Below are positions 9,471 to 19,230 of a stretch of DNA of 64,000 nucleotides, piece by piece. A program made the position numbers and the translations under genes. This DNA is from an uncultured Clostridia bacterium (GTDB lineage: Bacteria > Bacillota > Clostridia > Christensenellales > UBA1242): positions 801-64,800 of the forward strand of contig CALVPQ010000002.1 in assembly GCA_944351415.1 (NCBI GenBank), given 5' to 3'. A model generated the notes under the pieces. That model did no database searches. It worked only from the letters and a program-made list of their open reading frames with translations, and was not told where the DNA came from. Numbering within the stretch: position 1 is the first letter of the stretch; each line of letters starts with the position of its first letter.

Positions 9471-11055
9471 AATATTTTACGTGATAGATTTAATAGAAAG
9501 TCTTAATAAACAATTTAATAATAAGTATAATTTTTTAAAATTATTAAGTGTTGTGTATGAAAAAAAACAAAAAATATGCACAATAACTTTTTTGTATCCA
9601 TATCAAATAGAAGAAATTTCTGAACAAGATAAAACAGAAATAGATAAATATATTAATGGATTAATTCCACTTAGTAACATAATTAAAATTAAATTCAAAA
9701 AAAGTTTTCTTGATGAAAAACTAATAGTAGAAGATGTTATTAATTTTTTTATTGAAAATAAGAAGGGACTTATACCTTATATTTCACCAGAAAATATATC
9801 TTCAAGTTATAACGAACAAGACGTAGAAATAAATATAACTTTTAATCAAGATGTGTTGGCTCTCATAGATGAATTTGAACTTAGAACACAATTAAAAGAA
9901 AAACTTAGCGAGTTATATATAGCAAATTTTACAATAAATTTAATAGAAAATGAAGATACATTACCGGAAAAAATTGAAGCTGAAGATATTATTCCAACGC
10001 TTACAAAGGCAAGACGCTATAATGTTAATATTGAAAAAAAATTAGTAGGTGGAGATATAATTCCTAAGCCTGAATACATCAAAGATAATACTAAACCTAA
10101 AGCTTCTGTTATTTTGTCTGGATTAATCTCTAACAAAAATCAAAAAAAATATGTTATAAAAAAGGGGAAAAGAGCTGGGGAAGAAAAATCTCTCTATTCA
10201 TTTAGCTTAAGAGATGAAAGTGGCAGTGTAGAGTGTGTATATTTTTGTCCAAAGTCACACGAGAAAACAATGAATGCAATTGAAAATGATACACTAATTA
10301 TTTGTGTTGGAGATTTAAAGTTAGGTATAAATGGAAAACTTACATATTACTTGCGAAAAATATCTTTAGCAAGCCCTTATATTGAGAATATAAGTCAAGC
10401 TAATGATAATATAGGTGTTGAAAATATGATAAGAAATCATAAACAAATTATATTTCCTGATTTACTTCCTAGAAGTTCACAATCCTTTCTTTTTGAACAG
10501 AAAATTGATTATAATGATTTTATTTCAAATAATAACATTGTAGTATTTGATATTGAAACAACAGGGTTAGACCCTGATACTTGTGAAATTACCGAAATAG
10601 GAGCCGTTAAAATAGAAAAAGGCGAAATAACTGAAAGATTTTCAAGTTTTGCAAGACCTAAAAATCCTATACCTATAGAAGTTCAGGAACTTACAAATAT
10701 AACAAACGAGATGGTAAAAGATGCTCCAAAAATTGAAGATGTTATACTAGATTTTTATGATTGGACACGTGGTTGTATTATTAGTGGCTATAATATCATT
10801 AATTTTGACTTAAAGTTTATAAAGAAAGTAACAGATAGATTAGGATTACCATTTGATAATACTGTAGTAGATACTTATATAGTTGCAAAACAGTCAAAAA
10901 TCCACACTAGCAACTATAAACTTGGAACAGTTGTTAAGGCATTAGGGTTAACATTAACGGGTGCTCATAGAGCATTTAATGATGCTTATGCAACTGCTCA
11001 AGTTCTAATGGCGTTAAATTGCAAAAATTCTGAAGATAATCTTAATAAAAAGTAA
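9445..11055 (+). CDS. PolC-like N-terminal domain + OB fold + DnaQ-type 3'-5' exonuclease, with no polymerase or PHP domains
   Basis: Exo motifs VFDIETTGL, GYNIINFDLKF and HRAFNDAYA in the C-terminal third. An OB-like segment SLYSFSLRDESGSVECVYF lies upstream of them. The gene occupies the polC position before rimP. No in-frame ATG occurs for about 275 codons, so the start must be TTG 9445 or GTG 9481. Confidence 0.65.
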   Translation: MTYCIFCYKIFYVIDLIESLNKQFNNKYNFLKLLSVVYEKKQKICTITFLYPYQIEEISEQDKTEIDKYINGLIPLSNIIKIKFKKSFLDEKLIVEDVINFFIENKKGLIPYISPENISSSYNEQDVEINITFNQDVLALIDEFELRTQLKEKLSELYIANFTINLIENEDTLPEKIEAEDIIPTLTKARRYNVNIEKKLVGGDIIPKPEYIKDNTKPKASVILSGLISNKNQKKYVIKKGKRAGEEKSLYSFSLRDESGSVECVYFCPKSHEKTMNAIENDTLIICVGDLKLGINGKLTYYLRKISLASPYIENISQANDNIGVENMIRNHKQIIFPDLLPRSSQSFLFEQKIDYNDFISNNNIVVFDIETTGLDPDTCEITEIGAVKIEKGEITERFSSFARPKNPIPIEVQELTNITNEMVKDAPKIEDVILDFYDWTRGCIISGYNIINFDLKFIKKVTDRLGLPFDNTVVDTYIVAKQSKIHTSNYKLGTVVKALGLTLTGAHRAFNDAYATAQVLMALNCKNSEDNLNKK

Positions 11056-11138
11056 AATTTTATTTTATTGCAATTGCTATAAAAAACAAAATAGAATTTT
11101 AAATTAAAGATAATTTTTAAAAAAGTTTAGAAATATAC

Positions 11139-11167
11139 TTGATTTCTTTTAGTTGCTTTGTTATAAT
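11139..11167 (+). promoter_or_regulatory. sigma-A promoter of the rimP-nusA-infB operon
   Basis: TTGATT, 17 bp, TGtTATAAT extended -10. Confidence 0.6.
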
Positions 11168-11182
11168 ATAGGTGACTTGAGT

Positions 11183-11211
11183 AGGGAGCGGGCAGAATTG
11201 CATCGCTCCCT
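11183..11211 (+). promoter_or_regulatory. GC-rich leader hairpin upstream of rimP
   Basis: AGGGAGCG-N13-CGCTCCCT stem in the 5' UTR. No T-run follows. Confidence 0.5.
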
Positions 11212-11238
11212 GCTTCGTAAAATAGGGAGGAATTTGTT

Positions 11239-11700
11239 TTGGCAAGTAAAGTGAAATTAATCTGTGAAGAAAAAGTTGTGCCTATTATTGAAGAATTAGG
11301 ATATGATGTGATAGAAGTTGAATATTCAAAGAAATCTGATGGTATGAATTTAATTTTTTATATTGATAAAGATGGTGGAGTTCAAATAGAGGACTGCGAA
11401 AAAGTTTCAAAAGCTATAGATGATATTTTGGAAGAACTTAATCCGACTGATGATAGTCCTTACATTTTAAGTGTAAGTTCTCCTGGTCTTGATAGACCAC
11501 TCAAAAGTGATAGAGATTTTAAAAGAAATCTTAATAATGAAATTTCAATTACTTTATTTGCAAAAATAAATGGTAATAAGAAATTTAATGGTATTTTAAA
11601 ATCATATAATGAAAATGAAATAACTATTGAAATTGATGGTAAAGAACAAACCATTGAAAAAGATAAAATTGCACATATTGTGCCTGTAATAAAATTTTAA
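11239..11700 (+). CDS. rimP: ribosome maturation factor RimP
   Basis: TTG start after a GGGAGG RBS. SSPGLDRPL motif. Precedes nusA. Confidence 0.9.
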   Translation: MASKVKLICEEKVVPIIEELGYDVIEVEYSKKSDGMNLIFYIDKDGGVQIEDCEKVSKAIDDILEELNPTDDSPYILSVSSPGLDRPLKSDRDFKRNLNNEISITLFAKINGNKKFNGILKSYNENEITIEIDGKEQTIEKDKIAHIVPVIKF

Positions 11701-11711
11701 GGAGATTAAAA

Positions 11712-12884
11712 ATGATAAATAAAGATTTTTTTCAAGCTTTAGATGACCTTGAGGTAGAAAAGAAAATTAATAAAGAAACATTTATAGCAACACTTGAAAC
11801 TGCACTTACATCGGCATATAAAAAGATGTATGGTCAGGCTAAATCTGCTATGGTTAAATTAAATCCAGAAAAAGCAACAATTAAAATTTATTCTTATAAA
11901 ACAGTTGTTGAAGAAGTGCAAGATTCAGATAAAGAAATTTCACTACAGGAAGCAAGACTTATAAAAAAATCATATAAGGTTGGTGATTTAGTTCAAACAG
12001 AAGAATCAACAAAGGATTTTGGAAGAATTGCAGCTCAAACAGCAAAACAAGTTGTTATGCAAAAACTTAAGGAAATTGAAAGGCAGATGGCTTTATCTGA
12101 ACTTTCAGAAAAAGAAGATGAGCTTTTAACCACTATAATAAAAAGAGTTGATAATGGAACAGTTTATGTGCAAATATCTAATACACATACAGAAGGCGTT
12201 ATGCTTCCGTCAGACCAAATTCCTGGAGAAAAATATAATGTTGGCGACAGGATTAAGGTTTATGTAAAGAAAATTAAAGATTCTTTTAAAGGAACTCAAA
12301 TTCAAGTTACAAGAAGCAATATTGGTTTTGTAAGGAAACTTTTTGAATTGGAAATTCCTGAGATTGCATCAGGTGATATAAAGATAAAAAATATTGCAAG
12401 AGATGCAGGGAATAGAACAAAAGTTGCTGTTTACACTGAAAAACAAAATATTGACCCAATAGGAACATGTGTGGGTTTCCATGGGCAAAGAATTGATACA
12501 ATTTCAGCCGAACTTAATGGTGAAAAGATTGATTTGATAGAATATAGTGATGACCCACTTGAATATATTGCTAAATCATTAAGTCCTGCAAAAGTTATAA
12601 GTGTTGAAACTAATGAAAGTTTACATTCTTCACGAGTAATCGTTCCAGATGATAAACTATCTCTTGCTATTGGCAAAAATGGACAAAATGTAAGGTTAGC
12701 CGCAAGACTTACTGGTTGGAAAATAGAAGTTAAGCCTGAAAGTTCAGTTATCTCACAAGATGTAAAAGAACCTGAATATGAACTTACCGAACTTAATGAT
12801 GACGATGCATTTGAAGGGCTAAGCGACCTTGAAGATTTAGAAGAAATCCCATCTTATGATGACGATGATAAATCAGGTGAATAA
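11712..12884 (+). CDS. nusA: transcription termination/antitermination factor NusA
   Basis: S1 and KH domains (GRIAAQTAKQV, LAIGKNGQNVRLA) and an acidic C-terminal tail. Confidence 0.97.
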   Translation: MINKDFFQALDDLEVEKKINKETFIATLETALTSAYKKMYGQAKSAMVKLNPEKATIKIYSYKTVVEEVQDSDKEISLQEARLIKKSYKVGDLVQTEESTKDFGRIAAQTAKQVVMQKLKEIERQMALSELSEKEDELLTTIIKRVDNGTVYVQISNTHTEGVMLPSDQIPGEKYNVGDRIKVYVKKIKDSFKGTQIQVTRSNIGFVRKLFELEIPEIASGDIKIKNIARDAGNRTKVAVYTEKQNIDPIGTCVGFHGQRIDTISAELNGEKIDLIEYSDDPLEYIAKSLSPAKVISVETNESLHSSRVIVPDDKLSLAIGKNGQNVRLAARLTGWKIEVKPESSVISQDVKEPEYELTELNDDDAFEGLSDLEDLEEIPSYDDDDKSGE

Positions 12885-13144
12885 TGGAAGAAAGATTAAG
12901 AATGTGTATTGCCTGCCGTTCAATGAAAGATAAGAGAGAGCTTATTCGTGTTGTTAAAGATAAAGAGGGAAATATCTTTGTTGATGAAACGGGCAGAAAG
13001 AATGGTAGAGGTGCTTACGTATGTCGAAATCAAGAATGTTTCAATAAGTTACAAAAACAAAAGATTTTAAATAAAGCATTTAAAACAAATGTTGATGACA
13101 AAGTCTATGAAAATTTAAAGGAGACAATTATTGAACATAGATAA
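12884..13144 (+). CDS. ylxR: YlxR/RnpM family RNA-binding protein (DUF448)
   Basis: RMCIACR...GRGAYVC signature. Located downstream of nusA. Confidence 0.9.
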   Translation: MEERLRMCIACRSMKDKRELIRVVKDKEGNIFVDETGRKNGRGAYVCRNQECFNKLQKQKILNKAFKTNVDDKVYENLKETIIEHR

Positions 13145-13415
13145 AATAAAAGGGTATTTTAATATATCAAAGAAAGCGGGATATGTTATAATAGGCGGAG
13201 AAAAGCTAGAAAAATATAATAAAAAACTTTATCTTATTATTTATGATGCATCAGCACAAAAAAATACACTGAAAGTTGTAGAAAAATTTAAGGATAGTAA
13301 TATAAAAATTATAAAGTTAGAAAATTTAGAAAAATTAATAAATATAAATAATTGTAAAATTATTGGCATAAAAAATAAAAATTTAAGTGATATAATAATA
13401 AACTTAATAAATTAA
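13131..13415 (+). CDS. ylxQ: L7Ae-family protein YlxQ
   Basis: 94 aa with a TTG start overlapping ylxR. Conserved position between ylxR and infB. Confidence 0.7.
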   Translation: MNIDKIKGYFNISKKAGYVIIGGEKLEKYNKKLYLIIYDASAQKNTLKVVEKFKDSNIKIIKLENLEKLININNCKIIGIKNKNLSDIIINLIN

Positions 13416-13430
13416 TAAAAGGAGCAAATA

Positions 13431-15932
13431 TTGGCAAATCAAACATTACAAAATTTAAAGAAAATTCATGAACTTCAAAAAGAGGGTGAAATTTCTAAAA
13501 TTTTAAAAGAAATACGAAGTTCTAAAGTAACTGTAGATAATTTTGGTGGACAAATTAATGCAAAAAAGAAACAAATTGAAGCAGAGATTAAAAACAGAGT
13601 TACTACTGAAGTAAAGGCTACAGAACCTAAAGAAATTAATAGTGAAAAGGTTGAGAAGGAAATATCTGAACCTGCTTCTATTGTGGAAAAAACAACTGAA
13701 AGAGTGAAATATAGAAAATTTGATACAGAAAATAAAAGAGTTGAAAGACCAAATTCACAACAGAGATTTAATAATAGAAACAATTTTGACAATAAATTCA
13801 ATAATAGAAATAGTAGCTTTAATAAAGATAAGAATTCTAATAATAAATCTTATGTCTTTAACAAGGATAATAAAAATAAAAAATTTGGCAACAATAATTT
13901 TGTATCTTCAAAGGCTAATAATTATCGTTCATTTGTCACTAACGAAACACCAGAAATAGAACTAAAATCTGAAAGAAATTATGCAAATAAAACTAAGTAT
14001 GCTCAAAAACGTGCCAATAATGAAGAAAGGAAAAATAATCAAACAAGAAGAAGAGAAGAACAACGGAAAAACAATGTTTTTATTGAGGACGAAAATGGTA
14101 TAGAAGAAATCTCTTATGGTTCAAGAAAAACCGTAAAAAAGAAAAAAGAAGTTCAAGAAAAACCAAGTCAAGTAACGATTAAACATGCAGTTCTTACAGC
14201 TAAAGAAATAACGATAAAAGATTTTAGTGAAAAGATTGGAAAACCTGTAACTGAAATCGTAAAGAAACTTATGCTACTAGGTATTATGACAACTATTAAT
14301 TCTAATATTGACTATGAAGTGGCAGAGCTTGTGGCAAGTGATTTTGGAATAACATTAGAACTTAAACTTGACAAATCTTATGAAGAAAAATTAATAGAAT
14401 CTGCCTCTAGCCAAGATGACGAAAAAGATTTAGTTAAACGACCACCAATTGTAGCTGTTATGGGGCATGTGGACCATGGGAAAACATCACTTCTAGATGC
14501 TTTTAGAAAAACAAATGTTGTTGCAGGGGAAGCTGGAGGTATTACTCAAAGTATAGGTGCATATCAAATTTCATTTAATGGTGAAAAGATAACATTTATT
14601 GATACTCCTGGTCATGCAGCATTTACTCAGATGCGTGCTAGGGGTGCTAAGGCAACCGATATTGCTATACTAGTTGTCGCTGCTGATGATGGGGTTATGC
14701 CACAAACCATAGAGGCAATAAATCATATCAAGGCAGCCAATGTTCCAATTATTGTTGCTATGAATAAAATGGATAAACCAGAAGCTAATCCAGAAAGGAT
14801 AAAACAACAACTCGCAGAAAATGGTGTTTTACCTGAAGAATGGGGTGGAGATGCAATATGTGTTCCAATTTCAGCAAAAACTGGTATGGGACTTGATGAA
14901 TTGAAGCAAACTATTCTTCTTGTAAGTGAAATGCTTGACCTTAAAGCAAATCCGAATAAGAAAGCAACAGCTGTTGTTATTGAAGCCGAGCTTGATAAAA
15001 ATAGGGGGCCTGTTGCTTCAATTATTGTTCAAAATGGAACACTGCATGTTGGCGATTCTGTTATGTCTGGTATAACCTATGGTAAGATTCGAGCAATGTT
15101 TAATGATAAGGGTAAATCAGTTAAAGAAGCTGGGCCATCAACTCCTGTAGAAATTCTTGGTTTTAATGATGTGCCATCATCTGGTGATGAAATTTATGCA
15201 GTAGGAGAAACTTTATCTAAGCAGGTTATTCAAGAACGTATAGATAAAATCAAAAAGGAACGTGCATCTCATTCATCAGGTGTCACACTCGACAACTTTA
15301 TGAATAGAGTTCATGAAGGTAATCTTAAAAACCTTAATATTATAATTAAAGCTGATACAATGGGGTCTGTTGAGGCATTAAAATCAGCTTTACTTGCAAT
15401 TAGAAATGAAGAAGCAAAGGTTAATATTATTCATAGTGGTGCTGGTGCAGTAACTGAAAGTGATGTCGTCCTTGCACAAACAACAGATTCAATTATTATT
15501 TGTTTTAATCAAAAACCCGTTGCAAAGGCAAAAAATCTTGCGGAATCATCAAAAGTTCAGATAAAGGAATATAAGATAATTTATGAAGTTGTCGATGATA
15601 TAACTGCAGCTATAAATGGTATGCTTAGTGTTAAATATGAGGAAAAATATATTGGCAGCGCAGAAATTAGAATGGTATTTAAACTATCAACCGCAGGTAA
15701 AGTTGCAGGTAGTTATATAAAAGATGGTAAAGCAACAAGAAATGCAATAGCAGTTGTAAAACGTGGTAATGATGAACTTGGGAAAACTACTGTTGAATCA
15801 TTAAAAATTGTGAAAGATGAAAAAGCTGAAGTAAATAAGGGCTTTGAATGTGGTATTAAACTTAAAGATAATATTGACTATAAAGAGGGTGATACAATCG
15901 ATTTCTATATAAAAGAAATTGTTAAGAGATAA
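13431..15932 (+). CDS. infB: translation initiation factor IF-2
   Basis: TTG start after GGAG. GTPase motifs [13 protein letters not shown] and NKMD. The N-terminal region is N/K-rich low complexity. Confidence 0.97.
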   Translation: MANQTLQNLKKIHELQKEGEISKILKEIRSSKVTVDNFGGQINAKKKQIEAEIKNRVTTEVKATEPKEINSEKVEKEISEPASIVEKTTERVKYRKFDTENKRVERPNSQQRFNNRNNFDNKFNNRNSSFNKDKNSNNKSYVFNKDNKNKKFGNNNFVSSKANNYRSFVTNETPEIELKSERNYANKTKYAQKRANNEERKNNQTRRREEQRKNNVFIEDENGIEEISYGSRKTVKKKKEVQEKPSQVTIKHAVLTAKEITIKDFSEKIGKPVTEIVKKLMLLGIMTTINSNIDYEVAELVASDFGITLELKLDKSYEEKLIESASSQDDEKDLVKRPPIVAVMGHVDHGKTSLLDAFRKTNVVAGEAGGITQSIGAYQISFNGEKITFIDTPGHAAFTQMRARGAKATDIAILVVAADDGVMPQTIEAINHIKAANVPIIVAMNKMDKPEANPERIKQQLAENGVLPEEWGGDAICVPISAKTGMGLDELKQTILLVSEMLDLKANPNKKATAVVIEAELDKNRGPVASIIVQNGTLHVGDSVMSGITYGKIRAMFNDKGKSVKEAGPSTPVEILGFNDVPSSGDEIYAVGETLSKQVIQERIDKIKKERASHSSGVTLDNFMNRVHEGNLKNLNIIIKADTMGSVEALKSALLAIRNEEAKVNIIHSGAGAVTESDVVLAQTTDSIIICFNQKPVAKAKNLAESSKVQIKEYKIIYEVVDDITAAINGMLSVKYEEKYIGSAEIRMVFKLSTAGKVAGSYIKDGKATRNAIAVVKRGNDELGKTTVESLKIVKDEKAEVNKGFECGIKLKDNIDYKEGDTIDFYIKEIVKR

Positions 15933-15969
15933 CAAAATTATTTTGTAAATACCAAAAAATTAAGTATAA

Positions 15970-16003
15970 TTAAGAGAGAGTAAATTCTCTCTTAAGTTTT
16001 TTT
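15970..16003 (+). terminator. terminator/attenuator between infB and rbfA
   Basis: Stem TTAAGAGAG/CTCTCTTAA followed by GTTTTTTT. Confidence 0.6.
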
Positions 16004-16016
16004 ATAAGGAGAAAAT

Positions 16017-16391
16017 ATGTCAATAAGATTTGATAGGGCAAACAGCCAACTACAAAAAGCAATAGGTTATATTATTCAAAATAAACTAAATGACCCAAGA
16101 TTGAGTCCAATGATTTATGTAAGTGAAGTTAATGTGACTCCTGATTTTAAATATTGTAAAGTAAAAATTTCTTATGATAGTGATAATCAAGATGAGCTTA
16201 ATGAAATTATAAAAATTCTTCAAAAATCAGAGGGCTTTATAAAAAATGAACTTGCACATTCTCTTAAAATGCCTTCAATTCCAAAACTTATATTCGAATT
16301 AGATAAGGGGACAAAAGCAGAATTAAGGATTAATGAAATTTTAAACAAATTAAATATTCCAAAAGAAGATAATGAGGATAAAGATGAATGA
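16017..16391 (+). CDS. rbfA: ribosome-binding factor A
   Basis: 124 aa. The RANSQLQKAIGYII...DPRL N-terminus is typical of RbfA. Confidence 0.9.
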   Translation: MSIRFDRANSQLQKAIGYIIQNKLNDPRLSPMIYVSEVNVTPDFKYCKVKISYDSDNQDELNEIIKILQKSEGFIKNELAHSLKMPSIPKLIFELDKGTKAELRINEILNKLNIPKEDNEDKDE

Positions 16392-17349
16392 TAGCTTAAA
16401 AAAGATTGCAGAAGTTATAAAAAAGTCTACTAGTATAGCACTGCTCACTCATATTTATCCAGATTTTGATGCTTTAGGTTCAGCATTATCTCTATACTAT
16501 GGATTTAAGCAACTTGGGAAAAATGTAAATATTTTTATTTGTGATAAGTTAAGCGAAAAACAGAAATTATTAGTAGATGAAAGTGTTGTAGAAAAACAAT
16601 GTAATTCTAGTTTATTTGACTTATTTATATCAACTGATACACCTTCAAAAAAAAGACTCGGCACTTATTCTGAAAATTTTATGAAAGCCCAAAATAGTAT
16701 AGTTTTAGACCATCATAAAAACGATGGCTTAAAGGGAACATATAACTATGTTAATACAAATTCAAGCTCATGTAGTGAAATAAGCTACAAACTTTTAAAG
16801 ACGTTAAATGTGCGCCTAACAGAAGAAATAGTTTCTCTTTTATATATGGGACTAAGTGCTGATACGAACTCCTTTACTAATTCAAATACAAATAAAGACT
16901 CGCTATATATCGCTTACAACCTTATAAAACTTGGGGCAAACGTATCTTATATAAATGAAATTCAATATAAAACTCAAACACCAAAAGAAATTGAATTAAA
17001 AAAGTATCTCTATAATAACTACAAGATTGAAAATAATATAGCTTATTGTTTACTTAGTTATCAACAGCTGCAAAAATTAGGTGCTGTAAAAGCTGATTGT
17101 GATTTTTATAGCAGCGAACTTATTTCATTACAAGGGGCAGATATTTCATTTAGTCTTATTGAATCTTCAAAAAATTATTATGAAATTTCTTTTAGGTCAA
17201 AAACTGGATATGATGTTAGAACGATAGCTGAACAACTTGGTGGTGGAGGACATTTGTGTGCTGCTGGTGCAAAAATTCAAGGTGAATCTATAAATTATGT
17301 AAAAGATATAATTATAAATACTATAAAAAAGTTTGAGAACAAAATATGA
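16384..17349 (+). CDS. nrnA: DHH/DHHA1 phosphoesterase (NrnA-like oligoribonuclease/pAp phosphatase)
   Basis: DFDALGS, DHH and GGGGH motifs. The ATG at 16384 overlaps the rbfA stop. The maximal ORF starts at 16372. Confidence 0.8.
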   Translation: MNDSLKKIAEVIKKSTSIALLTHIYPDFDALGSALSLYYGFKQLGKNVNIFICDKLSEKQKLLVDESVVEKQCNSSLFDLFISTDTPSKKRLGTYSENFMKAQNSIVLDHHKNDGLKGTYNYVNTNSSSCSEISYKLLKTLNVRLTEEIVSLLYMGLSADTNSFTNSNTNKDSLYIAYNLIKLGANVSYINEIQYKTQTPKEIELKKYLYNNYKIENNIAYCLLSYQQLQKLGAVKADCDFYSSELISLQGADISFSLIESSKNYYEISFRSKTGYDVRTIAEQLGGGGHLCAAGAKIQGESINYVKDIIINTIKKFENKI

Positions 17350-18197
17350 GTTTGAATGGAATTATATTGATAAACAAAGAACGTGGTATATCATCTAATA
17401 GTGTTGTAAATAAAGTAAAATATTTATTAGGTGCAGACAAAGCAGGACATCTTGGAACCTTAGATGTATTAGGGGAAGGTTTGCTTCCTGTCACCTTAGG
17501 TAAAGGCACTAAATTATTTGACTTTTTTTTAAACAAAGATAAGACATATAAAACTGTATTTAGATTTGGTTATACCACTTCTACTCTTGACTTAGAAGGG
17601 GAAATTACAAATAAAAATGATAAGATTATAACCATAGAAGAATTAAAACAAGTGCTTAAAAATTTTATTGGAAAACAAAATCAAATGCCACCAATATATT
17701 CCGCAAAGAAAATTAATGGTAAAAAGGCATATCAACTTGCTAGAAATGGTATAAGTAAGATAGAACTTAAACCAAAGGAAATTGAAGTATATTCTATTAG
17801 TTTAAATAAACAATTAGATATAAATACATTTGAACTTAATATAAATTGTTCAAGTGGAACATATATTCGTTCATTATGTCGTGATATTGCAAGTAATTTA
17901 TCAACATTTGGAGTTATGTTGAGTATACAACGCACTAGATGCGGGGATTTTTTTATAGAAAACTCTTATACACTTAACGATATTAAAAATAGTAATTATA
18001 AAATTATTAGCCTTGATAGTGTATTTGACTTTAGTAAAATTACTTTATCTCAAATAGAAAGAGATAAACTTTTAAATGGTGCTATAGTTAAATATAATGC
18101 TAAGAATGGGTTATATAAAGTATACTTTAATGATGAATTTCTAGGTATTGTAGAAGTTAATGAAAATTATATGAAATTTAAACTTCGGCTAGTATAA
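17346..18197 (+). CDS. truB: tRNA pseudouridine-55 synthase
   Basis: GHLGTLD catalytic Asp motif and MPPIYSAKKING. ATGA overlap with nrnA. Confidence 0.93.
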   Translation: MSLNGIILINKERGISSNSVVNKVKYLLGADKAGHLGTLDVLGEGLLPVTLGKGTKLFDFFLNKDKTYKTVFRFGYTTSTLDLEGEITNKNDKIITIEELKQVLKNFIGKQNQMPPIYSAKKINGKKAYQLARNGISKIELKPKEIEVYSISLNKQLDINTFELNINCSSGTYIRSLCRDIASNLSTFGVMLSIQRTRCGDFFIENSYTLNDIKNSNYKIISLDSVFDFSKITLSQIERDKLLNGAIVKYNAKNGLYKVYFNDEFLGIVEVNENYMKFKLRLV

Positions 18198-18205
18198 TTG
18201 TATAA

Positions 18206-18247
18206 TCACAAATTTGTGAATTAAAAACAATCTTTAAATTTAAAGAT
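18206..18247. repeat. two adjacent perfect palindromes after truB
   Basis: TCACAAATTTGTGA (18206-18219) and ATCTTTAAATTTAAAGAT (18230-18247). Confidence 0.8.
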
Positions 18248-18321
18248 ATAAAATATCAAAAAAAATTTATAAATGTTAAAATAAATGTTAAAAAAAGATA
18301 TTAAATAAAGGGAGATAAACA

Positions 18322-19179
18322 ATGGTATTATTTGGACCATCAGGTTGTGGAGATGAATTCTATAGCCAAGGGCATAAAACTATTTTAGAAGTTCCAGAGT
18401 GGATAAAAAACTATGGCTTAGATGCTTATGAATATTCTTTTGGACATGGCTATCAGATGTCAACTGAACTTGCTAAAAAAGCCGGGGAACTTTTTAGAGA
18501 ATGTAAAATTAAATTATCTTTGCATGCTCCATTTTACATAAATTTTGCAAATCCTGACGAAACGATGTTTCAAAAAACACAAGGTTACATTTATACAGGT
18601 ATCAAATTTTTACGTGCATTTGGAGCTGACAAAATGGTATTTCACCCGGCATCTTGCGGTAAACTTGAAAGAAAAGATGCTATTGAATTAACAACAAAAA
18701 GATTTGAAGAAACATTTGGACAATTAGAAGCTGATGGACAATTAGATGGATTGTTTTTATGTCCTGAAACAATGGGTAAAACAATGCAAATAGGCACTTA
18801 TAAAGAAGTTGTTGATTTATGCACAACAAACAAACATCTTGTTCCTACATTTGATTTTGGACATATTAATTCATTAGAACAGGGCTCGTTAAAAACCAAA
18901 GATGATTTTAAACGAATTTTAGATTATTCACTTGAAAAACTTGGGTATGAGCGCACAGATAATTGTCATATTCATTTTTCTAAAATTCAATTTGGTCCTA
19001 AAGGAGAAATTAAACACTTAAATTATGACGACATTATTTATGGGCCAGAATTTGATTTTCTTGCTGAAATTTTAATAGAATATAATTTATCTCCACGTGT
19101 TATATGTGAATCAATGAGTAAAATGCCAAACGATGCTTTGATTATGAAAAAAATTTATCATAAATTGCTAGACAAATAA
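18322..19179 (+). CDS. TIM-barrel protein, xylose isomerase-like / endonuclease IV family
   Basis: 285 aa. Pattern YEYSFGHG...LSLHAPFYINFANPD...MVFHP...FDFGH resembles the metal-binding residues of AP endonuclease family 2. Confidence 0.6.
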   Translation: MVLFGPSGCGDEFYSQGHKTILEVPEWIKNYGLDAYEYSFGHGYQMSTELAKKAGELFRECKIKLSLHAPFYINFANPDETMFQKTQGYIYTGIKFLRAFGADKMVFHPASCGKLERKDAIELTTKRFEETFGQLEADGQLDGLFLCPETMGKTMQIGTYKEVVDLCTTNKHLVPTFDFGHINSLEQGSLKTKDDFKRILDYSLEKLGYERTDNCHIHFSKIQFGPKGEIKHLNYDDIIYGPEFDFLAEILIEYNLSPRVICESMSKMPNDALIMKKIYHKLLDK

Positions 19180-19230
19180 TGATTTATATGATAAAATATA
19201 AAAGGTTAAATTATAATTAAGGAGATTGAT

